64,000 nucleotides of DNA, from assembly GCA_021816455.1 (NCBI GenBank), contig JAKAXU010000001.1, positions 141,518 through 205,517 on the forward strand. Direction: 5' to 3'. The notes under the pieces are model-generated. The model saw nothing but the letters and a program-made list of their open reading frames with translations. It was not told where the DNA came from and did no database searches. The position numbers and the translations under genes were made by a program. How positions within the stretch are numbered: the stretch's first letter is position 1; every line of letters starts with the position of its first letter. Origin of the DNA: Acidobacteriota bacterium. Lineage in GTDB: Bacteria; Acidobacteriota; Terriglobia; Terriglobales; Acidobacteriaceae. Positions 37,654 through 45,984 of this stretch are shown in pieces.

Positions 37654-38046
37654 GTGATTCCCGGTTCTGAATCGACGGAGATCGCTCGACCAGGCTCGTC
37701 CGCGGAGTGGACCGAGCACGCTCTGGAGCGGCTCGCCTCGGGCGAAGCAGCCCAGGCAGCAGAAGCATTCCGCGCAGCCCTGCAGGCTGATTATGAGAAC
37801 ATCGAGGCGCATCACGGACTGGTGCGCGCGCTCTGCAACGCAGGCAAGCCAGATGCCGCAGTTGTCGCAGCCCTGGCGCTCACTGTGCTCACCCCAAACG
37901 ATCCGCTCGCCCACACAGGCCTCTCCATCGCTCTGCAGCAGGCCGGAAAGATTCCGCAGGCGGAGGCAGCCGCAGGACGTGCACGCATCCTGGAGTGGAA
38001 GCAGCAGTTGATCGAAGACGAGGAAACGCATGCAGACATTCCATGA
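37654..38046 (+). CDS. Small TPR protein
   Basis: Ala-rich TPR-like helices (AHHGLVRAL, PNDPLAHTGLSIAL); GTG start. Confidence 0.8.
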   Translation: MIPGSESTEIARPGSSAEWTEHALERLASGEAAQAAEAFRAALQADYENIEAHHGLVRALCNAGKPDAAVVAALALTVLTPNDPLAHTGLSIALQQAGKIPQAEAAAGRARILEWKQQLIEDEETHADIP

Positions 38047-38809
38047 CTCCTTGTTTTCCGACAGCTCTTTGCCCGCTCTGCAGCCCGTCGAAACAGCTCG
38101 GCGCCCTAAGAAAACGCACCTTGCGCCCGGCGAAGTCAATCGCATCTTCTCCGAGGAGTATCGCGCCCTGCGGCCACGCGCGCCGATGCCGGAGATGGAA
38201 GTTCGCTTTCGAGCTCTCGTCTCGCTCAACACCACCATCCGTCTGCGCGAAGGAAAGATTCACGTCAGTCTTTCCGACCTGCTGGAAGGCGCGCAGGAAA
38301 GTGTCTTGCACGCGATTGCGCATATTCTGCTGGCCAAACTCTATCGCAAGCCCATCGACAAGACGCACAACCTTCGCTACAAGCGCTTCCAGTACAGCGA
38401 AGCCGTGGCGCGGCAGACCGAACATATCCGCTCAACGCGCGGAGCCAAGCGATGGCTGGGCCCGGAAGGACGCTACTACAACCTGGACGAAGTCTTCGAC
38501 GCGCTCAACGAGCGCTTCTTTCACAACCTGCTGGGACGGCCCAACCTTACGTGGAGCGAGCACTATGCAAAACGCCAGCTTGGCCACTATGATGCGGCTC
38601 ACAACACGATCGTCGTCAGCAAGGTCTTCGATCGGCCTTCCAGTCCACGCTATGCAATCGAGTATCTGCTCTATCACGAGATGCTGCACTTGAAGCATCC
38701 GGTCAAAGTCCATGGAACGCGGCGTTGCGTACATGGCGCTGCCTTTCGAGCCGACGAAAAACTCTTCCCTCAACTGGCCGAGGCGACGGCTTTTCTGAAG
38801 CGGCTGTAA
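38030..38809 (+). CDS. SprT/YgjP-like zinc metallopeptidase
   Basis: YHEMLH plus downstream HGAAF; earlier degenerate HAIAH. Confidence 0.8.
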   Translation: MQTFHDSLFSDSSLPALQPVETARRPKKTHLAPGEVNRIFSEEYRALRPRAPMPEMEVRFRALVSLNTTIRLREGKIHVSLSDLLEGAQESVLHAIAHILLAKLYRKPIDKTHNLRYKRFQYSEAVARQTEHIRSTRGAKRWLGPEGRYYNLDEVFDALNERFFHNLLGRPNLTWSEHYAKRQLGHYDAAHNTIVVSKVFDRPSSPRYAIEYLLYHEMLHLKHPVKVHGTRRCVHGAAFRADEKLFPQLAEATAFLKRL

Positions 38810-38828
38810 AGATACCTTCCTCAGCGCA

Positions 38829-40034
38829 TCAGAGACCGGAGTCCAGCGGAATCGGAACCTGCTCGACTATCTCCAGACCAAAGCCCTGCAAGGCAGGTAC
38901 GTGCATCGGCGTGTTCGAGAGAATTCGTATGCGACGAATGCCCAGATCGCTGAGAATCTGTCCACCGAGGCCGACTGCGCGGACGATGCGACGATGGCGA
39001 TCCTCGTGCGCTTCCTGAGCGCGCATCTCCGGATGCAGAAGCATGCGACGATCGCTGCCGCGCCCCGACCACTCAAACCCACGGCTGGTGTTATGCAGAT
39101 AGATAATCGCACCGCAGCCCGCATCCACAATGGCGCGCATCGATGCATCGAGCATCTCCCGGCAGCGGCAGTCTGCGCCAAAGATATCCCCCGCCGTGCA
39201 GTGCGTGTGGACGCGAACAAGAATCGGTTGCGCCGAAGCAGTGCAGGATTCCGGCCCGTCGATACGACCATGCACCAGAGCGAGATGGCTTTCGCCGCCG
39301 TTGATCTCGCTTTCATAGGCGATCAGGCGAAACCTTCCGAAGCGGTTAGTCAGTTCGCTCTCCCCCACGCGGCGAATATAACGCTCGTGGCGCAGGCGAT
39401 AGCGGATCAGCTCCGCGACCGTCAACATCTTCAGATCATGCTGCCGACAGAACGGAACAAGGTCGGGAACCCGCGCCATCGTGCCGTCTTCGTTCATGAT
39501 CTCGCAGATGACGCCCGCAGGCTCCAATCCCGCCAGGCGAGCAAGATCGACCGAAGCCTCCGTCTGTCCGGCTCGAACCAGCACGCCTCCGCGACGCGCC
39601 CGAAGCGGAAAAACGTGACCAGGACGGGCCAGATCCGCGGCTGTCGATTGCGACGCGATCGCGGTACGGATGGTATGCGCGCGATCATGCGCAGAGATTC
39701 CGGTAGTCACACCCTCGCGCGCTTCAATCGACTCCGTAAACGCCGTGCCGAAACGCGAGGAGTTCATCTGCGTCATCGGAGGGAGATTCAGAAAGTCCGC
39801 GCGATCCTCGGTAAGCGTGAGGCAAATCAGTCCACGCCCGTAGCGAGCCATAAAGTTGATCGCCTCCGGCGTCACAAACTGCGCGGCCAGCGTCAGGTCG
39901 CCCTCGTTCTCGCGATCTTCGTCATCCACGACAACCACCATGCGTCCGGCACGAATTTCTTCAAGTGCCGTCGGCACATCCACGAATGGCGCATGGATAG
40001 CCGCTGGTTCGGCGAAAATCGGTTCTGTACTCAT
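38829..40034 (-). CDS. ribB: DHBP synthase fused to a degenerate GTP cyclohydrolase II domain
   Basis: [33 protein letters not shown] intact; RibA half altered (see findings). Confidence 0.92.
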   Translation of the reverse strand: MSTEPIFAEPAAIHAPFVDVPTALEEIRAGRMVVVVDDEDRENEGDLTLAAQFVTPEAINFMARYGRGLICLTLTEDRADFLNLPPMTQMNSSRFGTAFTESIEAREGVTTGISAHDRAHTIRTAIASQSTAADLARPGHVFPLRARRGGVLVRAGQTEASVDLARLAGLEPAGVICEIMNEDGTMARVPDLVPFCRQHDLKMLTVAELIRYRLRHERYIRRVGESELTNRFGRFRLIAYESEINGGESHLALVHGRIDGPESCTASAQPILVRVHTHCTAGDIFGADCRCREMLDASMRAIVDAGCGAIIYLHNTSRGFEWSGRGSDRRMLLHPEMRAQEAHEDRHRRIVRAVGLGGQILSDLGIRRIRILSNTPMHVPALQGFGLEIVEQVPIPLDSGL

Positions 40035-40149
40035 TTCGTGGCAGCTCCAGGCTTTATTGTCGCGCAGACGGTGCAAAAGACCAAAGGCGCTTTGCGGAAA
40101 ATCCGCAAAGCGCCTCTTATCGTAAACAGAACAACGTCGAACGTGAAAA

Positions 40150-40377
40150 CTAGAGAGTAGACTCGATCTCAAAACCCCAGGCCTCGAGCAAAGCCTCCGG
40201 GATGTACTTGGAGTTTCGATTGCGACGCGCCCATTCACGAAGCCGGGTTGAGCGAATGTACTGATCCGGTGTGAGCTTGAACTCTTTCACAATCTGCTCA
40301 AAGGATGTGACCGTTGGAACCACAGGACCGATCGGTTCGGGCTTACCCCAGTTGGGATTTCCGCGACGTTTTGCCAT
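40150..40377 (-). CDS. 75-aa basic hypothetical protein
   Basis: MAKRRGNPNWGKP...; SD GAGG; own promoter upstream. Confidence 0.8.
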   Translation of the reverse strand: MAKRRGNPNWGKPEPIGPVVPTVTSFEQIVKEFKLTPDQYIRSTRLREWARRNRNSKYIPEALLEAWGFEIESTL

Positions 40378-40504
40378 GAATGAGAATTCCTCTTTTCAAG
40401 GTATTGTGATACTTCACTGACGTGACTTGAAGGCGATAACAGGCATCGGGGGCAGCCTGGGGCAGGCCGAAATTTCTACAACCCCTCATACAAACCACCA
40501 ATAT

Positions 40505-40533
40505 ACTTTACCAATTTTCATAGAAAAAAGCAA
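40505..40533 (-). promoter_or_regulatory. sigma70-type promoter for the 75-aa gene
   Basis: TTGCTT-N17-TAAAGT in AT-rich intergenic DNA; implies a ~120-nt leader. Confidence 0.55.
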
Positions 40534-40619
40534 GTGCCTCGAGCTTCCCTATCCCTACACAATCCCCACACAAGATAATATAAGTTTATATTTTTCATAA
40601 GTTTGAAGAAATTCATTGC

Positions 40620-41942
40620 TCACATTAGCTCGATTTCCGGTGCCAGCAAGTCGGCCATCTCCTCCCGTCGACGGATCAGGCGCGCTTTCCTGTCCTGGAC
40701 GAAAATCTCGGCCGGTCTCGGTCGCGAGTTGTAGTTTGAGCTTTGCGCCATGCCGTAGGCTCCGGCGTCCAGAATGGCCACCAGATCGCCAGGGCGCACA
40801 GGCGGCATACTCCGATCCCGCGCAAAGAAATCCCCCGACTCGCAGACCGGACCCACTACATCCACAGTGACTGCCCGGCCCGAACGCCGCTGAACGGGAA
40901 CAATCTCGTGCCAGGCCTGGTACAGCGCTGGGCGGATCAGATCATTCATGCCGGCATCGGTGATGACAAATGTCTTGCGACCATTCTTCTTCACATAAAG
41001 AACTCGCGTAAGCAGCGCACCGGCCTGCGCAACAAGGAACCGGCCCGGCTCCAGCACAAGACGTACATTCAGGCCTTCCAGCGCCTGCTCGATGGACCGC
41101 AGATACGCCTCAGCCACCGCAGCGGGATCAAAGCCCGAGGCACGCTCGTAGTCGATGCCGAGGCCCCCGCCAGCATCGACGCAAGGAAGCGAAATCCCGT
41201 CTTTCCGCAGTTCGCGAACCAGTCCGGCCACTCGTGTCATCGCTGCGCCAAAGGGTTCTGCGGAACTGATCTGAGAGCCGATGTGGACGCTGACGCCGTG
41301 AGCGGTGAGCCAGCGATGCGACCGTGCGGCACGATAGATGCGCCGTGCCTGCGCAATGGGAATGCCGAACTTATGTTCGCTCATTCCAGTCGAGATATAC
41401 GGGTGCGTCTCGGCGAAGATATCCGGATTGACGCGCAGGGAAAAGCGGGCCTTGCGTCGCAGACGCGCCGCTCTTCCGGCCAGCACTTCCAGCTCTGCTT
41501 CGCTCTCCACGTGAAAGGAAAAAATTCCGGCTTCAAGTGCAAGATCGATCTCGTCCGCAGTCTTGCCAGCGCCGGAAAAAACCACGCGATTCAGCGCATC
41601 GGGCGCGGCAGCTCGCACGCGCTCCAGCTCGCCACCGGAGACAATGTCAAACCCCGCGCCGCGCCGCGCCAGCATCTGCAGTAGTGCCAGCGCCGAGTTC
41701 GCCTTCACCGCATAGCAGATGAGATGATCACGCTCCGCAAGGGAGCTTTGAAACAGTTGCAGACGATCCAGAATGTGATCGGCGCTATAGACGTAAAGCG
41801 GAGTGCCATATTCCGCCGCAAGCGGGGCCATCGATCGTTGACCACAATAAAGCGCCGCCGACCGCGACGCGGAGAATTTGTAATGAAATGGCCGAGGCTG
41901 CAACTTCCCCGGCAACTGCTTCCGGACCACCTTCTGGGCCAC
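40620..41942 (-). CDS. lysA: Diaminopimelate decarboxylase
   Basis: YAVKAN, HIGSQ, GGG, EPGR, CESGD, GAYG, YN.RP; GTG start approximate. Confidence 0.96.
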   Translation of the reverse strand: MAQKVVRKQLPGKLQPRPFHYKFSASRSAALYCGQRSMAPLAAEYGTPLYVYSADHILDRLQLFQSSLAERDHLICYAVKANSALALLQMLARRGAGFDIVSGGELERVRAAAPDALNRVVFSGAGKTADEIDLALEAGIFSFHVESEAELEVLAGRAARLRRKARFSLRVNPDIFAETHPYISTGMSEHKFGIPIAQARRIYRAARSHRWLTAHGVSVHIGSQISSAEPFGAAMTRVAGLVRELRKDGISLPCVDAGGGLGIDYERASGFDPAAVAEAYLRSIEQALEGLNVRLVLEPGRFLVAQAGALLTRVLYVKKNGRKTFVITDAGMNDLIRPALYQAWHEIVPVQRRSGRAVTVDVVGPVCESGDFFARDRSMPPVRPGDLVAILDAGAYGMAQSSNYNSRPRPAEIFVQDRKARLIRRREEMADLLAPEIELM

Positions 41943-42041
41943 GATTTCGACCGCTCCAATCCAATAAGTCGCAACGCTTCTTCGACGATAGCAGAAAACG
42001 AACGCGCCCCCGACCACCTCCGGTCGCCTCTCGCGGCTCCG

Positions 42042-42359
42042 CTATGGAAGCGGTGGCGCTGACATCTCTTCCGGAATGCCAATCCAGCAGGCAACGTACA
42101 CAATCTCCGTCAACGGGAACAGAAAGATGCCGCAGATGACAGTGAGAACACGCAGCAGACCGATATCCCAACCCCACGCGCGACTCATCGCCGCACAAAC
42201 GCCTGCGATGCGGCGATCATAGAGCGGCCGGAAAAGTTGTCGCGTTGCGGTGGCCGGAGTGACCGTACTTTGCGCAAGAACTACCACCGCTCCACAGGCG
42301 GGACAAAAGCGCGCATCCGGCGGAATGGAACTGCCACAGGAACTGCAGAAATTGTTCAT
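42042..42359 (-). CDS. Zinc-ribbon plus PspC-domain membrane protein
   Basis: CSSCG...FCPACG then LFRP..DRRIAGVC, TM helix, W..IPEE. Confidence 0.9.
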   Translation of the reverse strand: MNNFCSSCGSSIPPDARFCPACGAVVVLAQSTVTPATATRQLFRPLYDRRIAGVCAAMSRAWGWDIGLLRVLTVICGIFLFPLTEIVYVACWIGIPEEMSAPPLP

Positions 42360-42476
42360 GGCAAACCTACCTTTCAAGTCGGCATTCACATCAAAGCCTA
42401 TTCCCTTTGGCAGAAGATACGCGAACAGGCTTCCGGAAGTTCCGCCAGTCGAACACCCTCGCCAGCGTAGCCACGC

Positions 42477-43724
42477 TTACTCGCGATACGGCGAGCGCAG
42501 AAGCCTGCGCGCAATCTGCCCTTGCGTCGTGTCGGCACCCATCGCCACCGCCGCCTGGTAGTCGCGGACAGCATAGTCACGCTGCCCGGCCAGATCGCGG
42601 GCTTTACCGGCAGCCACCAGCGAACGCCGCCTCAGCTCAGCGCCTGTAGCGGGTAGCCAAGCGCCGTGCTCATAGGCCTCCGCGGCTTCAACATAGTGGC
42701 GCTGGCCCTTCAACGCCTCGCCCAGGCCAAAGTAGGCAAGCTCGACATGAGCCGACGGAAAATACTTCGGGTTATCCGCTTCGGCAACCAGCTTCTGATA
42801 GGCCTCCACAGCCACCATGCCCTGCCCGGCATCCTTGCGCAGATTCGCCTCTTCCAGCGCAAACAGAAAATCATGTGGGTAACGGGATTCCAGCGACTGC
42901 ACCACTGGAATCGCCTGCGTGTACTTTCCTTCGCGGCGGAGAAAAAGCGCAATCACTGTCGCCGCTTCCACTGAGGTCATCGGACCGCGCGCCGCATCGT
43001 CCTGAAGCATCTTCATGCCGCGCGTCTTTGAGCCTGTAATGCCTGCAAAACCGAAGATTAGCTTGAAGCCAAACGGAAGCGCCCCAATTACATACTGGTA
43101 GGTGCCCACCACCAGCTCCGCATCCACATAATCAGGATCCATCTGCAGCACGCGCGCTTCATCGCTGTGCGCCTGCAGCGCGAGATGAAAGGCTGTGCCG
43201 AAGGATCGCTCCACCATCGCAACGTAGCTGGAACGCAGGCTGCGTGCCCATCCTCGATCGTAGAGCGCATCGATATTCCGCGGGTCGCGCTGCAGCAACG
43301 CTCCGGACTCACGCTCAACCTCATCTTCCAGCGCGAAGATGCGATCGCGCACGGCCACACTCTCCGGCGTCGGGTGCTTGCCGGTCAAAAATCCATCGGT
43401 CGCGTAAAACGTCGTGTCCAGCAGATCCTGACGATATAGCTCCTGAAAAACCACCGCCTCCAGCAGCAGAGTCGTCGCACTCGGATCGCCCGGATGCTCT
43501 GCCTGAACCTTTTCCAGCATCGAGATGCAGGCAGGATAATCGAGATTGTAAAAGTGTTGAAAAGCGGTGCGAACCTCAGGATTCCAATCCAGCTGACTGG
43601 CATGAATCTGCTCTTGGGCCGCCGAACAGAGACGCGCGCTGAGCACCAGAACGATTAACCAGGAGGCGGCCTTTCGAAAAAGAAAGGAAGTCGGAACAAA
43701 ACAGTGCGTGGAAGGTTTCAGCAT
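42477..43724 (-). CDS. Exported TPR-containing protein
   Basis: Signal-like N-terminus; TPR-like helices (AYFGLGEAL, AGKARDLAG). Confidence 0.8.
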   Translation of the reverse strand: MLKPSTHCFVPTSFLFRKAASWLIVLVLSARLCSAAQEQIHASQLDWNPEVRTAFQHFYNLDYPACISMLEKVQAEHPGDPSATTLLLEAVVFQELYRQDLLDTTFYATDGFLTGKHPTPESVAVRDRIFALEDEVERESGALLQRDPRNIDALYDRGWARSLRSSYVAMVERSFGTAFHLALQAHSDEARVLQMDPDYVDAELVVGTYQYVIGALPFGFKLIFGFAGITGSKTRGMKMLQDDAARGPMTSVEAATVIALFLRREGKYTQAIPVVQSLESRYPHDFLFALEEANLRKDAGQGMVAVEAYQKLVAEADNPKYFPSAHVELAYFGLGEALKGQRHYVEAAEAYEHGAWLPATGAELRRRSLVAAGKARDLAGQRDYAVRDYQAAVAMGADTTQGQIARRLLRSPYRE

Positions 43725-43920
43725 CTGACCTCATCTTAAATCGGGAACCTCCAGCAAAACGCAGGAACGGATCCAGCATCCGAGCACCGGTTGCGCCTGC
43801 CGAATGACAACAGCGTGTGCATATATCCTTCCCCGATGATTGATTCCCATGCGGGCTTGGTTACTATGAAAGCATCGATGCCGGGAGTGGCAGTCAAATC
43901 ATGCGGCCGGTGAACTATCC

Positions 43921-44334
43921 ATGAAGCGAATTGAAATTCTTGTGGCAATGCTGAAGCTGGCCCAGGCGAACGGCTTCGATTTTCGAAGCTGGTTTCAGAT
44001 GTACATCCAGCCTGAATGGCCGGGAACAGCTGAAGCAATTCGCATCCTGACACAGCAGAGCCGCTACATCGCGCTGCTCTTCTCCCATGAATTCGCGATG
44101 GCGGTGTGGAAGCCCGGCGCACAGATGCAATTTCTCGTGCCCCAGACCACATACACGCAGAAGAATCGCAGCGGCAAGCTGATCACCGTCACCCGGCGAC
44201 CATTCACTCGACGCATCTGCAAGACCGATACCTGGGAGTACCACCTGCAACAGATGGTCGTCTGCAAAGATCCCCTCAGTTATCTGCGGCGTTTTCTCCC
44301 CGCGCCCGAAGCTCCGCTTGCAAAGAAGAATTAA
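43921..44334 (+). CDS. Hypothetical protein
   Basis: 137-aa ATG ORF with protein-like composition (LLFSHEFA, WEYHLQQM); function unknown. Confidence 0.7.
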   Translation: MKRIEILVAMLKLAQANGFDFRSWFQMYIQPEWPGTAEAIRILTQQSRYIALLFSHEFAMAVWKPGAQMQFLVPQTTYTQKNRSGKLITVTRRPFTRRICKTDTWEYHLQQMVVCKDPLSYLRRFLPAPEAPLAKKN

Positions 44335-44678
44335 TTCTGCTTCATCTGCGCCCCAAAACCACCCGAAAAATCGTTGCTTCCGAAGAATTCTCGGAGACTC
44401 TGCCCGTGCCCGGACCGAAACCCTGCCACCAGACCGGATCGGAAGCGTTATTTCTTTCTCGCCAGATAGCTCTTCTGAAATTACTTCTTGATAACTCTTG
44501 ACTTTTGAGAAGTCATACATGACGAAAATCACAACTCATGTCCTGTTTTCGAACAGTGAACGAAGAAAGGAAAAGAAATATTGCCTCCTGATTCTTCAGT
44601 CACTTACGCCGGAAAAGCAGGAAATGTTATCCCCAGTGACTTGAGTGTTTTGGGAAGATATGTTCCCATAGTTAAAGA

Positions 44679-45188
44679 ATGTTAAGTATTTCAACAAGCA
44701 GGGCAGCGCGCAATCTAGGCTGGACCACTTCGATTTTTGTGCTTCTGGCCACCGTGGCAGGCTCGGTTAGTCCGGCTTCACCTGGTGCCCATCGACAGGA
44801 GAAGCAAAAACCTGAGGCGTCTCACGTCTGGACACAGGTGGGACGCGCCTCCTGGTACGGGCGCCGCACATTCCAGGGTCGATTGACGGCGAGCGGTGAG
44901 CCATTTGATCGCACTCTGCTGACCTGTGCTCATCCGACGCTTCCCATCGGTTCATTGGTGAAGGTGACCAACCTCACCAATCATCGCTCGATCATGGTGC
45001 GCGTGAACGATCGCGGACCGATCATTCCCGGACGTATTGTCGATCTTTCCTATGCCGCTGCGCATGCACTGGGATTCCGCCGCGAGGGCGTTGCGCGGGT
45101 GCGCCTGGAGCGGATCGAGGGCGCGGAGATGGCCCAGGTGGACTGGCCTGAGGCGAACCGCGACGCTGCTACGACGACAAGCCACTGA
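44679..45188 (+). CDS. rlpA: RlpA-like double-psi beta-barrel lytic transglycosylase
   Basis: GRASWYG, TASGE, AHPTLP, VRVNDRGP, IVDLSYAAA. Confidence 0.92.
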   Translation: MLSISTSRAARNLGWTTSIFVLLATVAGSVSPASPGAHRQEKQKPEASHVWTQVGRASWYGRRTFQGRLTASGEPFDRTLLTCAHPTLPIGSLVKVTNLTNHRSIMVRVNDRGPIIPGRIVDLSYAAAHALGFRREGVARVRLERIEGAEMAQVDWPEANRDAATTTSH

Positions 45189-45203
45189 CGCTACACTGAA
45201 TGC

Positions 45204-45962
45204 ATGGAAACCGCGCACAACAGTGCATCCACCTCTTCTGTAAACCCCGTTATTCCAGCCGCGCGGGATCGTCTGATCGTTGCGCTCGATCTGCCTGCCA
45301 TCCAGTCTGTCCGACAGTTTCTGCCTCGTCTTGAAGGCCAGTGTCGGTGGTTCAAGGTGGGCCTGGAGTTGTTTATCGCGGCAGGACCGTCCGTTGTCTC
45401 CGAGCTGGTCGCCTCTGGCTTTTCCGTCTTTCTGGATCTGAAGCTGCACGACATCCCCAACACCGTCGCGGGCGCTGTAAAATCAGCCTCCGCTTGTGGC
45501 GCGTCGATGCTCACGCTGCATGCCTCTGGTGGACCACAGATGATGCAGGCAGCACTTGAGGCAGCGGCAACATTGCCAAACGCACCCAAGCTGCTGGCCG
45601 TCACCGTGCTGACAAGTATGAATGCGCAACAACTGCACGCGACCGGAGTGATGCAGCAACCGGCTGAGCAGGTGGAGTTGCTGGCGCGAATGGGGCTGGC
45701 TGCGGGCATGCGCGGATTTGTCTGCTCGGCTCAGGAGACAGCGCGGCTGCGCGACATCGCCGGAGCGGATGTGACGCTGGTGATTCCAGGAATCCGTCCT
45801 GCAGGAGTTGCCCTCGACGACCAGAAACGCGTAGCTACGCCCGCCGATGCACTGCGAAATGGCGCAAACTTTCTGGTGGTGGGCAGGCCGATTGTCCAGG
45901 CTGAGAATCCGGCGATGGCCGCTGCAAGCATCCTGACAGAGATGGAAGCCGCGCTGGCGTAG
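45204..45962 (+). CDS. pyrF: Orotidine-5'-phosphate decarboxylase
   Basis: LIVALD, KVG, DLKLHDIPNTV, PGIRP, VVGRPI. Confidence 0.97.
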   Translation: METAHNSASTSSVNPVIPAARDRLIVALDLPAIQSVRQFLPRLEGQCRWFKVGLELFIAAGPSVVSELVASGFSVFLDLKLHDIPNTVAGAVKSASACGASMLTLHASGGPQMMQAALEAAATLPNAPKLLAVTVLTSMNAQQLHATGVMQQPAEQVELLARMGLAAGMRGFVCSAQETARLRDIAGADVTLVIPGIRPAGVALDDQKRVATPADALRNGANFLVVGRPIVQAENPAMAAASILTEMEAALA

Positions 45963-45984
45963 CTCGTCGACGCGCGTGGCAGCC

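Noticed and set aside
40561-40610. Possible dif site in AT-rich DNA
   Set aside because: No XerD arm (TTATGTTAAAT-like) paired with a XerC arm at 6-bp spacing.
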